A stretch of 64,000 nucleotides of DNA from the human T2T-CHM13v2.0 reference genome, Homo sapiens: the NCBI RefSeq assembly GCF_009914755.1, contig NC_060933.1; one strand, 5' to 3'. Below the pieces are notes generated by a model. The model saw only the letters and a list, made by a program, of their open reading frames with translations. It searched no databases and had not been told where the DNA came from. This document shows positions 14,093 to 29,383 of this stretch, piece after piece; the first letter of the stretch is position 1; each line of letters opens with the position of its first letter. Made by a program: the position numbers and the translations under genes.

Positions 14093-17000
14093 GGAATGGA
14101 ATGGAATGGAATGGAATGGAATTAACCGGAATAGAATGCAATGGAATGGAATGGAATGGAATGGAATGGAATGGAATGAAATGGAATCAACTCGATTTCA
14201 ATGGAATGGAATGGAATGGAATGGAATGGAATGGAATGGAATGAAATTAACCCGAATAGAATGGAATGGAATGGAATGGAATGGAATGGAATGGAATGGA
14301 ATGGAATGGAATAGAGTGGAATGGAATGGAATGGAATAGAATGGAATCCACCCGAGTGTAGGGGAATGGAATGGAATGGAATGCAATGGAATGGAATCAT
14401 ACGGAATGGAATGGAATGGAATGGAATGGAATCAACCCGATTGCAATGGAATGGAGTGGAATGGAATGGAATGGAATGGAAACAACCCGAATGGAATGGA
14501 ATGGACTGGAATGGAGTGTAAGGGAATTGAATAGAATCAATACGAATGTAATGGAATGGAATGGAACGGAATGGAATGCAATGGAATGGAAAGGAATCCA
14601 ATGGAATGGGTTCAACCCGAGTGCAATGGAATGGAATCGAAAGTAATGGAATGGAATGGAATGGATTCAACACGAATGGAATGAAAAGGAATGGAATCAA
14701 CCCGAGTGGAATGGAATTTAATGGAATGGAATGGAATGGAATGCAGTGAAATGGAATCAAACCTAGTGCAATGGAATGGAATGGAATGGAATGGAATGGA
14801 ATGGAATGGATTAGATTCAACCCAAGTGGAATGGAAAGCAATGGAATCAACCCGAGTGGAATGGCATGGAATGGAATGGAATGGAATGCAATGGAATGGA
14901 AAGGTACGGAATAGAATGGAATGGAACGAAATGGAATGGAATGGGATGGAATGGAATGGAATGGAATGGAATGGAATAGAATGGAATCCACCCGATTACA
15001 CGGGAATGGAATGGAATGGAATGCAAAGGAATGGAATGGAATGGATTCAACCCGAATGGAATGGAAAGGAAAGGAATAATCCCGAGTGAAATGGCATGGA
15101 AGGGAATGGAATGGAATGGAATGGTACGGAGTAGAATGGAATGGAACGAAATGGAATGGAATGGAATGGAATGGAATGGAATGAACCCGTGAGCAATGGA
15201 ATGGAATGGAATGGAATGGAATGGAATGGAATGGAATTTGTTCAACTCGAATGGAATGGAAAGGAATGGAATCAACCCGAGTGGAATGGCATGGAATGGA
15301 ATGGAATGGAATGGAATGGAATGGAATGGAATGGAATGGAATGGATTCAACCCGAATGGAATGGAAAGGAATGGAATAAACCCGAGTGGAATGGCATGGA
15401 ACGGAGTGGAATGGAATGGAATGGAAGGGAATGGTACGGAATAGAATGGAATGGAACGAAACGGAATGGAATGGAACGGAATGGAATGGAATGGAATGGA
15501 ATGGAATGAACCCGTGTGCAATTGAATGGAATCGAATGGAATGGAATGCAATGGAATGGATTCAACTAGAATGGAATGGAAAGGAATGGAATCAACCCGA
15601 GTGGAATGGCATGGTATGGAATGGAATGGAATGGAATGGAATGGAATGGAAAGGTACGGAATAGAATGGAATGGAACGAAATGGAATGGAATGGAATGGA
15701 ATGAATGGAATGGAATGGAATTGAATGGAATCCACCCGATTGCAGGGGAATGGAATGGAACGGAATGCAATGGAATGGAATGGAATGGATTCAACCCGAA
15801 TGGAATGGAAAGGAATGGAATCAACCCGAGTGGAATGGCATGGAATGGAATGGAATGGAATGGAATAGTACGGAATAGAATGGAATGGAACGAATTGCAA
15901 TGGAATGGAATCAACCTGAGTGCAATGGAATGGAGAGGAATGGAATGTAATGGAACGGAAACAACCCGAATGGAATGGAATGTAATGGAGTTTAAGGGAA
16001 TTGAATACAATCAATCCGAATGTAATGGAATGGAATGGAACGGAATGGAATGGAATGGAATGGAATGGAATGGAATGGAATGAAATGGAATGGCAGGGAA
16101 TGGAATGGAATCAACCCGAGTGCAAAGGAATGGAATGGAATGGAATGGAAGGGAATGGAATGGAATGGATTCAACCCGAATGGAATGGAAAGGAATGTAA
16201 TAAACCTGAGTGGAATGGCATGGAATGGAATGGAATGGAATGGAATGGTACGGAATAGAATGGAATGGAACGAAATGGAATGGAATGGAATGGAATGGAA
16301 TGGAATGGAATCAACCTGAGTGCAATGGAATGGAGTGGAATGGAATGAAATGGAATGGAAACAACCCGAATGGAATGGAATGTAATGGAGTGTAAGGGAA
16401 TTGAATACAATCAATCCGAATGTAATGGAATGGAATGGAACGGAATGGAATGGAATGGAATGCCATGGAATGTAATCAAACCTAGTGCAATGGAATGGAA
16501 TGGAATGGAATGGAATGGAATGGAATGGAATGGATTGGATTCAACCCAAATGGAATGGAAAGCAATGGAATCAACCCGAGTGGAATGGCATGGAATGGAA
16601 TGGAATGGAATGGAATGGAATGGAATGGAATGGAATGGTACAGAATAAAATGGAATGGAACGAAATGGAATGGAATGGAATGGAATGGAACGGAATGGAA
16701 TGGAATCAAAGCGATTGCAATGGAATGTAATGGAATGGAATGGAATGGAATTAACGCGAATAGAATGGAATGGAATGGAATGGAACGGAATGGAATGGAA
16801 TGGGATGGAATGGAATCAATCTGAGTGCAGGTGAATGGAATGGAATGGAATGCAATGGAATGGAATGGAATGGAATGGAATGCAATGGAATCAACTAGAT
16901 TGCAATGGGATGGAATGGAATGGAATGGAATGGAAGGGAATGGAATGGAATGGAATTAACCTGAACAGAATGGAATGGAATGGAATGGAACGGAATGGAA

Positions 17001-18800
17001 GGGAATGGAATGGAATGGAATTAACCTGAATAGAATGGAATGGAATGGAATGGAACGGAATGGAATGGAATGGAATGGAATGGAATGGAATGCAATGAAA
17101 TGGGATCAACCCGAGTGCAGGGGAATGGAATGGAATGGAATGCAATGGAATGGAATCAATGAACCCGAGTGCAATAGAATGCAGTGGAATGGAATGGAAT
17201 GGAATGGAAAGTACCCGAATGGAATGGAATGGAATGGAGTGTAAGGGAATTAAAAAGAATCAATCCGAATGTAATGGAATGGAATGGAACGGAATGGAAT
17301 GGAATGGAATGGAATGGAATGGAATGGAATCAACTCGATTGCAATGGAATGGAATGGAATGGAATGGAATGGAATGGAATTAACCCGAATAGAATGGAAT
17401 GGAATGGAATGGAATGGAATGGAATGGAAGGGAATGGAATGTAATGGAATGGAATGGAATTAACCCGAATAGAATGGAATGGAACGGAAAGGAAGGGAAT
17501 GGAATGGAATGTAATCAACTCGAGTGCAGGGGAAAGCAATGCAATGGAATGAAATGGAATGGAGTCATACGGAATGGAAGGGAATGGAAAGGAATCAACC
17601 AGAGTGCAATGGAATGGAGTGGAATGGAATGGAATAGAATGGAAACAACACGAATGGAATAGAATGTATTGGAGTGTAAGGGAATTGAATAGAATCAATC
17701 CGAATGTAATTGAATAGAACGGAAAGGAATGGAATGGAATGGAATGGAATGGAATGGAATGAAATGGAATGGCATGGAATGGAATGGAATCAACCCGAGT
17801 TCAATGGAATTGAATGGAATGGAATGGAATGGAATGGAATGGAATGGAATGGAATGGAATGGAATCAACTCGATTGCAATGGAATGGAATGGAATGGAAT
17901 GGAATGGAATGGAATGGAATGGAATGGAATGGAATGGAATGGAATTATCCCTACTAGAATGGAATGGAATGGAATGGAATGGAATAGAATGGAATGGAAG
18001 GGAATGGAATGGAATGGAATGGAATGGAATTAACCCGAATAGAATGGAATGGAATGGAATGGAATGGAATGGAATGGAATGGAATCAACTCGATTTCAAT
18101 GGAATGGAATGGAATGGAATGGAATGCAATGGAAGGGAATGGAATGGAATGGAATGAAATTAACCTGAATAGAATGGAATGGAATGGAGTGGAATGGAAT
18201 GGAATGGAATGGAATGGAATAGAATGGAATCCACCCGAGTGCAGGGGAATGGAATGGAATGGAATGCAATGGAATGGAATCATACCGAATGGAATGGAAT
18301 GGAATGGAATGCAATGGAATGGAATGGAATCAACCCGATTGCAATGGAATGGAGTGGAATGGAATGGAATGGTATGGAAACAACCCGAATGGAATGGAAT
18401 GTAATGGAGAGTAAGGGAATTGAATAGAATCAATACGAATGTAATGGAATGGAATGGAACGGAATGGAATGCAATGGAATGGAATGGAATGCAATGGAAT
18501 GGGATCAACCCGAGTGAAATGGAATGGAATCGAAAGGAATGGAATGGAATGGAATGGTTTCAACCCGAATGGAATGGAAAGGAATGGAATCAACCCGAGT
18601 GGAATGGAATGGAATGGAATGGAATGGAATGGAATGGAATGGAATGGGTTCAACTCGAATGGAATGGAAAGGAATGGAATCAACCCGAGTGGAATGGCAT
18701 GCAATGGAATGGAATGGAATGGAATGGAATGGAATGGAAGGGAATGGAATGGAATGGAATTAACCTGAACAGAATGGAAGGGAATGGAATGGAACGGAAC

Positions 18801-21800
18801 GGAATGGAATGGAATGGAATGGAATGGAATGGAATGGAATGCAATGGAATGGGATCAACCCGAGTACAGGGGAATGGAATGCAATGGAATGCAGTGAAAT
18901 GGAATCATCCGGAATGGAATGGAATGGAATGGAATGCAATGGAATGGAATCAATCAACCCTAGTGCAATAGAATGCAGTGGAATGGAATGGAATGGTATG
19001 GAAACTACCCGAATGGAATAGAATGTAATGGAGTGTAAGGGAATTAAAAAGAATCAATCCGAATGTAATGGAATTGAATGGAACGGAATGGAATGGAATG
19101 GAATGGAATGGAATGGAATGGAATTAACCCGAATAGAATGGAAAGGAATGGAATGGAATGGAATGCAATGGAATCGAATGGAATGGAATGGAATGGAATG
19201 GAATGGAACGGAATAGAATGGAATGGAACGAAATGGAATGGAATGAAATGGAATGGAATGGAATGGAATGGAATGGAATCAACCCGAGTGCAGGGGAATG
19301 GAATGGAATTGAAGGCAATGGAATGGAATCATATGGAATTGAAAGGAATGGAATGGAATCGAATGGAATGGAATGGAATCAACTCGATTGCAATGGAATG
19401 GAATGGAATGGAATGGAATGGAATGGAATGGAATTAACCCGAATAGAATGGAATTGAATGGAATGGAATGGATTGGAAGTAAATGGAATGGAATGTAATG
19501 AACCCGAGGGCAGGGGAATGGAATGGAATGGAATGCAATGGAATTGAGTCATCCGGAATGGAACAGAAAGGAATGGAATGGAATCAACCCGTGTGCAATG
19601 GAATGGAAAGGAATGGAATGGAATGGAATGGAATGGAATGGATTCAACCCGAATGGAATGGAAAGGAAGGGAATCAACCCAAGTGGAATGGCATGGAATG
19701 GAATGGAATGGAATGGAATGGAATGGTACCGAATAGAATGGAATGGAACGAAATGGAATAGAATGGAATGGAATGGTATGGAAACAACCCGAATGGAATG
19801 GAATGAAATGGACTGTAAGGGAATTGAATACAATCAATCCGAATGTAATGGAATGGAATGGAACGGAATGGAATGGAATGGAATGGAATGCAGTGGAATG
19901 GAATCAAACCTAGTGCAATGGAATGGAATGGAATGGCATGGAATGGAATGGAATGGAATGGATTCAACCCAAATGGAATGGAAAGCAATGGAATCAACGT
20001 GAGTGGAATGGCATGGAATGGAATGGAACGGAATGGAATGGAATGGAATGGAATGGAATGGAATGGAATGGTACGGAATAGAATGGAATGGAACGAAATG
20101 GAATGGAATGGAATGGAATGGAACGGAAAGGAATGGAATCAACTCGATTGCAATGGAATGCAATGGAATGGAATGGAATGCAATTAAAGAGAATAGAATG
20201 GAATGGAATGGAATGGAACGGAATGGAATGGAATGGAATGGAATGGAATCGAATGGAATCAACCTGAGTGCAGGGGAATGGAATGGAATGGAATGCAATG
20301 GAATGTAATGGAATGGAAAGCAATGGAAAAAACTCGATTGCAATGGAATGGAATGGAATGGAATGGAAGGGAAAGGAATGGAATGGAATTAACCTGAACA
20401 GAATGGAATGGAATGGAATGGAACGGAATGGAATGGAATGGATTCAACCCGAATGGAATGGAAAGGAATGGAATAAACCCGAGTGGAATGGCATGGCATG
20501 GAATGGAATGGAATGGAATGGTACGGAATAGAATGGAATGGAACGAAATGGAATGGAATGGAATGGAATGGAATGGAATGCAATCAACCTGAGTGCAATG
20601 GAATGGAATGGAATGGAATGGAACGGAATGGAAACAACCCGAATGGAATGGAATGTAATGGAGTGTAAGGAATTGAATACAATCAATCCGAATGTAATGG
20701 AATGGAATGGAACGGAATGGAATGGAATGGAATGCAGTGGAATGGAATCAAACCTAGTGCAATGGAATGGAATGGAATGGAATGGAATGCAATGGAATGG
20801 ATTGGATTCAACCCAAATGGAATGGAAAGCAATAGAATCAACCCGAGTGGAATGGCATGGAATGGAATGGAATGGAATGGAATGGAACGGAATGGTACGG
20901 AATAGAATGGAATGGATCGAAATGGAATGGAATGGAATGGAATGGAATGGAACGGAATGGAATGGAATCAACTCGATTGCAATGGAATGTAATGTAATGG
21001 AATGGAATGGAATGGAATTAACGCGAATAGAATGGAATGGAATGGAATGGAAAGGAATGGGATGGAATGGAATCAATCCGAGTGCAGGGGAATGGAATGG
21101 AATGGAATGCAATGGAATGGAATCATCCGGAATGGAATGGAATGGAATGGAATGGAATGGAATTAACCCGAATAGAATGGAATGGAATGGAATGGAATGG
21201 AATGGAATGGAATGGAATCAACTCGATTTCAATGGAATGGAATGGAATGGAATGGAATGGAATGGAATGGAATGGAATAGAATGGAATCCACCCGACTGC
21301 AGGGGAATGGAGTGGAATACAATGCAATGGAATGGAATCATACGGAATGGAATGGAATGGAATGGAATGGAATGGAATGGAATGGAATGGAAACAACCCG
21401 AATGGAATGGAATGTGATGGAGTGTAAGGGAATTGAATAGAATCATTCCGAATGTAATGGAATTGAATGCAACGGAATGGAATGGAATGGAATGGAATGG
21501 AATGGAATGGAATGCAATGGAATGGGATCAACCCGAGTGCAATGGAATGGAATCGAAAGGAATGGAATGGAATGGAAAGGCTTCACCCCGAATGGAATGG
21601 AAAGGAATGGAATCAACCTGAGTGGAATGGAATGGAATGGAATGGAATGGAATGGAATGGAATGCAATGGAATGGAACGGAATGGAATCAACCCGATTGC
21701 AATGAAATTGAATGGAATGGAATGGAATGGAATGGAATTAACCCGAATAGAATGGAATGGAATGGAATGGAATGGAATGGTATGGAATGGAATGGAACGG

Positions 21801-24082
21801 AATGGAATGGAATGGAATTGAATGGAATCAACCCGGGTGCAGGGGAATGCAATTGAATGGAAGGCAATGGAATGCAATCATCCGGAATGGAATGGAATGG
21901 AATGGAATGGAATGGAATGGTTTCAACCCGAATGGAATGGAATGGAATGGAATCAACCCGAGTGGAATGGCATGGAATGGAATGGAATGGAATGGAATGG
22001 AATGGAATGGAATGGTATGGAATAGAATGGAATGGAACGAAATGGAATGGAAGGGAATGGAATGGAATGGAATGGAATCAACCCGACTGCAAAGGAATGG
22101 AGTGGAATGGAATGGAATGGAATGGAAACAACCCGAATGGAATGGAATGTAATGGAGTGTAAGGGAATTGAATACAATCAATACGAATGTAATGGAATGG
22201 AATGGAACGGAAGGGAATGGAATGGAATGGAATGGAATGCAGTGGAATGGAATCAATCCTAGTGCAATGGAATGGAATGCAATGGAATGGAATGGAATGG
22301 AATGGAATGGAATGGAATGGATTCAACCCAAATGGAATGGAAAGCAATGGAATCAACCCGAGTGGAATGGCATGGAACGGAATGGAATGGAATGGTATGG
22401 AATAGAATGGAATGGAAAGAAATGGAATGGAATGGAATGGAATGGAACGGAATGGAATGGAAAGGAATGGAATGGAATGGAATGGAATAGAATGGAATGG
22501 AACGAAATGGAATGGAATGGAAAAGAATGGAATGGAATCAATCAGAGTGGAATAGAAGGGAATGCATTCGAGTAGAATGGAAAGGAATGGAATCAACCAG
22601 AGTGGAATGGAAGGGAATGGAATGGAATGGAAACTAATAAAATGGAATCAACACGAGTGGAATGGAATGGAAAGGACTTGAATGGAATGGAATGGAATGG
22701 AATGGAATCAACTCGATTGCAATGGAATGTAATGGAATGGAATTGAATGGAATTAATGCGAATAGAATTGATTGGAATGGAATGGAACGGAATGGAATGG
22801 AATGGAATAGAATGGAATCAAACTGAGTGCAGGGGAATGGAATGGAATGGAATGGAATAGAATGGAATGGAATGGAAGGGAATGGAATGGAATGGAATTA
22901 ACCTGAACAGAATGGAATGGAATGGAATGGAACGGAATGGAATGGAATGGAATGGAATGGAATCCACCCGAGTTCAGGGGAATGGAATGGAATGGAATGC
23001 AATGGAATGGAATCAATCAACCCGAGTGCAATAGAATGCAGTGGAATGGAATGGAATGGAATGGAAAGTACCCGAATGGAATGGAATGTAATGGAGTGTA
23101 AGGGAATTAAAAAGAATCAATACGTATGTAATTGAATGGAATGGAACGGAATAGAATGGAATGGAATGGAATGGAATTGAATGAAATGGAATGGCATGGA
23201 ATGGAATGGAATCAACCCGAGTGCAATGGAATGGAATCGAATGGAATGGAAGGGAATGGAATGGATTGAACCCGAATGGAATGGAAAGGAATGGAATAAA
23301 CCCGAGTGGAATGGCATGGAATGGAATGGAATGGAATGGAATGGTACGGAATAGAATGGAAAAAAACGAAATGGAATGGAATGGAATGGAATGGAATGAA
23401 CCCGTGTGCAATGGAATGGAATGGAATGGAATGGAATGGAATGGGTTCAACTCGAAAGGAATGGAAAGGAATGGAATCAACCCGAGTGGAATGGCATGGA
23501 ATGGAATGGAATGGAATGGTATGGAATGGAATGGAATGGAATGGAATGGAATGGAATGGAATGAAATGGAATGGAATGGAATGGAATGGAATGAACCCAA
23601 GTGTAATGTAATGGAATCGAATGGAATGGAATGGAATGGAATGGATTCAACCCAAATGGAATGGAAAGGAATGGAATCAACCCGAGTGGAATGGCATGGA
23701 ATGGACTGGAATGGAATGGAATGGAATGGAATGGTACGGAATAGAATGGAATGGAACGAAATGGAATGGAATGGAATGGAATGGAATGGAATGGAATGGA
23801 ATGGAATGAACCCGTGTGCAATGGAATGGAATCGAATGGAATGGAATGGAATGCAAAGGATACAACTCGAATGGAATGGAAAGGAATGAAATCAACCCGA
23901 GTGGAATGGCATGGACTGGAATGGAATGGAATGGCATGGAATGGAATGGAATTGAATGGCACGGAATAGAATCGAATGGAACGAAATGGAATGGAATGGA
24001 ATGGAATGGAATGGAAACAACCCGAGTGCATGGTAATGGAATGGAATGGAAGGCAATGGAATGGAATCATCCGGAATGGAAT
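18801..24082 (+). repeat. 5.28 kb near-perfect tandem duplication, copy 1
   Basis: ORF-track translations repeat identically at offsets 5281, 5276 and 5271 (e.g. 19379 vs 24660; 22753 vs 28029). Rare markers such as GGAAAAAAACGAA, CAATACGTATGT and GCTTCACCCCG occur once in each copy. Confidence 0.93.
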
Positions 24083-27000
24083 GGAATGGAATGGAATGGA
24101 ATGGAATGGAATGGAATGGAATGCAATGGAATGGGATCAACCCGAGTACAGGGGAATGGAATGCAATGGAATGCAGTGAAATGGAATCATCCGGAATGGA
24201 ATGGAATGGAATGGAATGCAATGGAATGGAATCAATCAACCCTAGTGCAATAGAATGCAGTGGAATGGAATGGAATGGTATGGAAACTACCCGAATGGAA
24301 TAGAATGTAATGGAGTGTAAGGGAATTAAAAAGAATCAATCCGAATGTAATGGAATTGAATGAACGGAATGGAATGGAATGGAATGGAATGGAATGGAAT
24401 GGAATTAACCCGAATAGAATGGAAAGGAATGGAATGGAATGGAATGCAATGGAATCGAATGGAATGGAATGGAATGGAATGGAATGGAACGGAATAGAAT
24501 GGAATGGAACGAAATGGAATGGAATGAAATGGAATGGAATGGAATGGAATGGAATGGAATCAACCCGAGTGCAGGGGAATGGAATGGAATTGAAGGCAAT
24601 GGAATGGAATCATATGGAATTGAAAGGAATGGAATGGAATCGAATGGAATGGAATGGAATCAACTCGATTGCAATGGAATGGAATGGAATGGAATGGAAT
24701 GGAATGGAATGGAATTAACCCGAATAGAATGGAATTGAATGGAATGGAATGGATTGGAAGTAAATGGAATGGAATGTAATGAACCCGAGGGCAGGGGAAT
24801 GGAATGGAATGGAATGCAATGGAATTGAGTCATCCGGAATGGAACAGAAAGGAATGGAATGGAATCAACCCGTGTGCAATGGAATGGAAAGGAATGGAAT
24901 GGAATGGAATGGAATGGAATGGATTCAACCCGAATGGAATGGAAAGGAAGGGAATCAACCCAAGTGGAATGGCATGGAATGGAATGGAATGGAATGGAAT
25001 GGAATGGTACCGAATAGAATGGAATGGAACGAAATGGAATAGAATGGAATGGAATGGTATGGAAACAACCCGAATGGAATGGAATGAAATGGACTGTAAG
25101 GGAATTGAATACAATCAATCCGAATGTAATGGAATGGAATGGAACGGAATGGAATGGAATGGAATGGAATGCAGTGGAATGGAATCAAACCTAGTGCAAT
25201 GGAATGGAATGGAATGGCATGGAATGGAATGGAATGGAATGGATTCAACCCAAATGGAATGGAAAGCAATGGAATCAACGTGAGTGGAATGGCATGGAAT
25301 GGAATGGAACGGAATGGAATGGAATGGAATGGAATGGAATGGAATGGAATGGTACGGAATAGAATGGAATGGAACGAAATGGAATGGAATGGAATGGAAT
25401 GGAACGGAAAGGAATGGAATCAACTCGATTGCAATGGAATGCAATGGAATGGAATGGAATGCAATTAAAGAGAATAGAATGGAATGGAATGGAATGGAAC
25501 GGAATGGAATGGAATGGAATGGAATGGAATCGAATGGAATCAACCTGAGTGCAGGGGAATGGAATGGAATGGAATGCAATGGAATGTAATGGAATGGAAA
25601 GCAATGGAAAAAACTCGATTGCAATGGAATGGAATGGAATGGAATGGAAGGGAAAGGAATGGAATGGAATTAACCTGAACAGAATGGAATGGAATGGAAT
25701 GGAACGGAATGGAATGGAATGGATTCAACCCGAATGGAATGGAAAGGAATGGAATAAACCCGAGTGGAATGGCATGGCATGGAATGGAATGGAATGGAAT
25801 GGTACGGAATAGAATGGAATGGAACGAAATGGAATGGAATGGAATGGAATGGAATGGAATGCAATCAACCTGAGTGCAATGGAATGGAATGGAATGGAAT
25901 GGAACGGAATGGAAACAACCCGAATGGAATGGAATGTAATGGAGTGTAAGGAATTGAATACAATCAATCCGAATGTAATGGAATGGAATGGAACGGAATG
26001 GAATGGAATGGAATGCAGTGGAATGGAATCAAACCTAGTGCAATGGAATGGAATGGAATGGAATGGAATGCAATGGAATGGATTGGATTCAACCCAAATG
26101 GAATGGAAAGCAATAGAATCAACCCGAGTGGAATGGCATGGAATGGAATGGAATGGAATGGAATGGAACGGAATGGTACGGAATAGAATGGAATGGATCG
26201 AAATGGAATGGAATGGAATGGAATGGAATGGAACGGAATGGAATGGAATCAACTCGATTGCAATGGAATGTAATGTAATGGAATGGAATGGAATGGAATT
26301 AACGCGAATAGAATGGAATGGAATGGAATGGAAAGGAATGGGATGGAATGGAATCAATCCGAGTGCAGGGGAATGGAATGGAATGGAATGCAATGGAATG
26401 GAATCATCCGGAATGGAATGGAATGGAATGGAATGGAATGGAATTAACCCGAATAGAATGGAATGGAATGGAATGGAATGGAATGGAATGGAATGGAATC
26501 AACTCGATTTCAATGGAATGGAATGGAATGGAATGGAATGGAATGGAATGGAATGGAATAGAATGGAATCCACCCGACTGCAGGGGAATGGAGTGGAATA
26601 CAATGCAATGGAATGGAATCATACGGAATGGAATGGAATGGAATGGAATGGAATGGAATGGAATGGAATGGAAACAACCCGAATGGAATGGAATGTGATG
26701 GAGTGTAAGGGAATTGAATAGAATCATTCCGAATGTAATGGAATTGAATGCAACGGAATGGAATGGAATGGAATGGAATGGAATGGAATGGAATGCAATG
26801 GAATGGGATCAACCCGAGTGCAATGGAATGGAATCGAAAGGAATGGAATGGAATGGAAAGGCTTCACCCCGAATGGAATGGAAAGGAATGGAATCAACCT
26901 GAGTGGAATGGAATGGAATGGAATGGAATGGAATGGAATGGAATGCAATGGAATGGAACGGAATGGAATCAACCCGATTGCAATGAAATTGAATGGAATG

Positions 27001-29383
27001 GAATGGAATGGAATGGAATTAACCCGAATAGAATGGAATGGAATGGAATGGAATGGTATGGAATGGAATGGAACGGAATGGAATGGAATGGAATTGAATG
27101 GAATCAACCCGGGTGCAGGGGAATGCAATTGAATGGAAGGCAATGGAATGCAATCATCCGGAATGGAATGGAATGGAATGGAATGGAATGGAATGGTTTC
27201 AACCCGAATGGAATGGAATGGAATGGAATCAACCCGAGTGGAATGGCATGGAATGGAATGGAATGGAATGGAATGGAATGGAATGGAATGGTATGGAATA
27301 GAATGGAATGGAACGAAATGGAATGGAAGGGAATGGAATGGAATGGAATGGAATCAACCCGACTGCAAAGGAATGGAGTGGAATGGAATGGAATGGAATG
27401 GAAACAACCCGAATGGAATGGAATGTAATGGAGTGTAAGGGAATTGAATACAATCAATACGAATGTAATGGAATGGAATGGAACGGAAGGGAATGGAATG
27501 GAATGGAATGGAATGCAGTGGAATGGAATCAATCCTAGTGCAATGGAATGGAATGCAATGGAATGGAATGGAATGGAATGGAATGGAATGGAATGGATTC
27601 AACCCAAATGGAATGGAAAGCAATGGAATCAACCCGAGTGGAATGGCATGGAACGGAATGGAATGGAATGGTATGGAATAGAATGGAATGGAAAGAAATG
27701 GAATGGAATGGAATGGAATGGAACGGAATGGAATGGAAAGGAATGGAATGGAATGGAATGGAATAGAATGGAATGGAACGAAATGGAATGGAATGGAAAA
27801 GAATGGAATGGAATCAATCAGAGTGGAATAGAAGGGAATGCATTCGAGTAGAATGGAAAGGAATGGAATCAACCAGAGTGGAATGGAAGGGAATGGAATG
27901 GAATGGAAACTAATAAAATGGAATCAACACGAGTGGAATGGAATGGAAAGGACTTGAATGGAATGGAATGGAATGGAATGGAATCAACTCGATTGCAATG
28001 GAATGTAATGGAATGGAATTGAATGGAATTAATGCGAATAGAATTGATTGGAATGGAATGGAACGGAATGGAATGGAATGGAATAGAATGGAATCAAACT
28101 GAGTGCAGGGGAATGGAATGGAATGGAATGGAATAGAATGGAATGGAATGGAAGGGAATGGAATGGAATGGAATTAACCTGAACAGAATGGAATGGAATG
28201 GAATGGAACGGAATGGAATGGAATGGAATGGAATGGAATCCACCCGAGTTCAGGGGAATGGAATGGAATGGAATGCAATGGAATGGAATCAATCAACCCG
28301 AGTGCAATAGAATGCAGTGGAATGGAATGGAATGGAATGGAAAGTACCCGAATGGAATGGAATGTAATGGAGTGTAAGGGAATTAAAAAGAATCAATACG
28401 TATGTAATTGAATGGAATGGAACGGAATAGAATGGAATGGAATGGAATGGAATTGAATGAAATGGAATGGCATGGAATGGAATGGAATCAACCCGAGTGC
28501 AATGGAATGGAATCGAATGGAATGGAAGGGAATGGAATGGATTGAACCCGAATGGAATGGAAAGGAATGGAATAAACCCGAGTGGAATGGCATGGAATGG
28601 AATGGAATGGAATGGAATGGTACGGAATAGAATGGAAAAAAACGAAATGGAATGGAATGGAATGGAATGGAATGAACCCGTGTGCAATGGAATGGAATGG
28701 AATGGAATGGAATGGAATGGGTTCAACTCGAAAGGAATGGAAAGGAATGGAATCAACCCGAGTGGAATGGCATGGAATGGAATGGAATGGAATGGTATGG
28801 AATGGAATGGAATGGAATGGAATGGAATGGAATGGAATGAAATGGAATGGAATGGAATGGAATGGAATGAACCCAAGTGTAATGTAATGGAATCGAATGG
28901 AATGGAATGGAATGGAATGGATTCAACCCAAATGGAATGGAAAGGAATGGAATCAACCCGAGTGGAATGGCATGGAATGGACTGGAATGGAATGGAATGG
29001 AATGGAATGGTACGGAATAGAATGGAATGGAACGAAATGGAATGGAATGGAATGGAATGGAATGGAATGGAATGGAATGAACCCGTGTGCAATGGAATGG
29101 AATCGAATGGAATGGAATGGAATGCAAAGGATACAACTCGAATGGAATGGAAAGGAATGAAATCAACCCGAGTGGAATGGCATGGACTGGAATGGAATGG
29201 AATGGCATGGAATGGAATGGAATTGAATGGCACGGAATAGAATCGAATGGAACGAAATGGAATGGAATGGAATGGAATGGAATGGAAACAACCCGAGTGC
29301 ATGGTAATGGAATGGAATGGAAGGCAATGGAATGGAATCATCCGGAATGGAATGGAATGGAATGGAATGGAATGGAATGGAAT
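24083..29383 (+). repeat. 5.28 kb near-perfect tandem duplication, copy 2 (including terminal GGAAT homology)
   Basis: Matches copy 1 except for a 1-bp deletion near 24361 and two single-pentamer deletions near 27050 and 29060. Confidence 0.93.

Noticed and set aside
8140-17200. Perfect palindrome or breakage-fusion-bridge fold-back centred on 12663
   Set aside because: The modules immediately left and right of the junction are not mirror images. The best inverted match of 11815-12650 lies at ~16355-17285 and is diverged.
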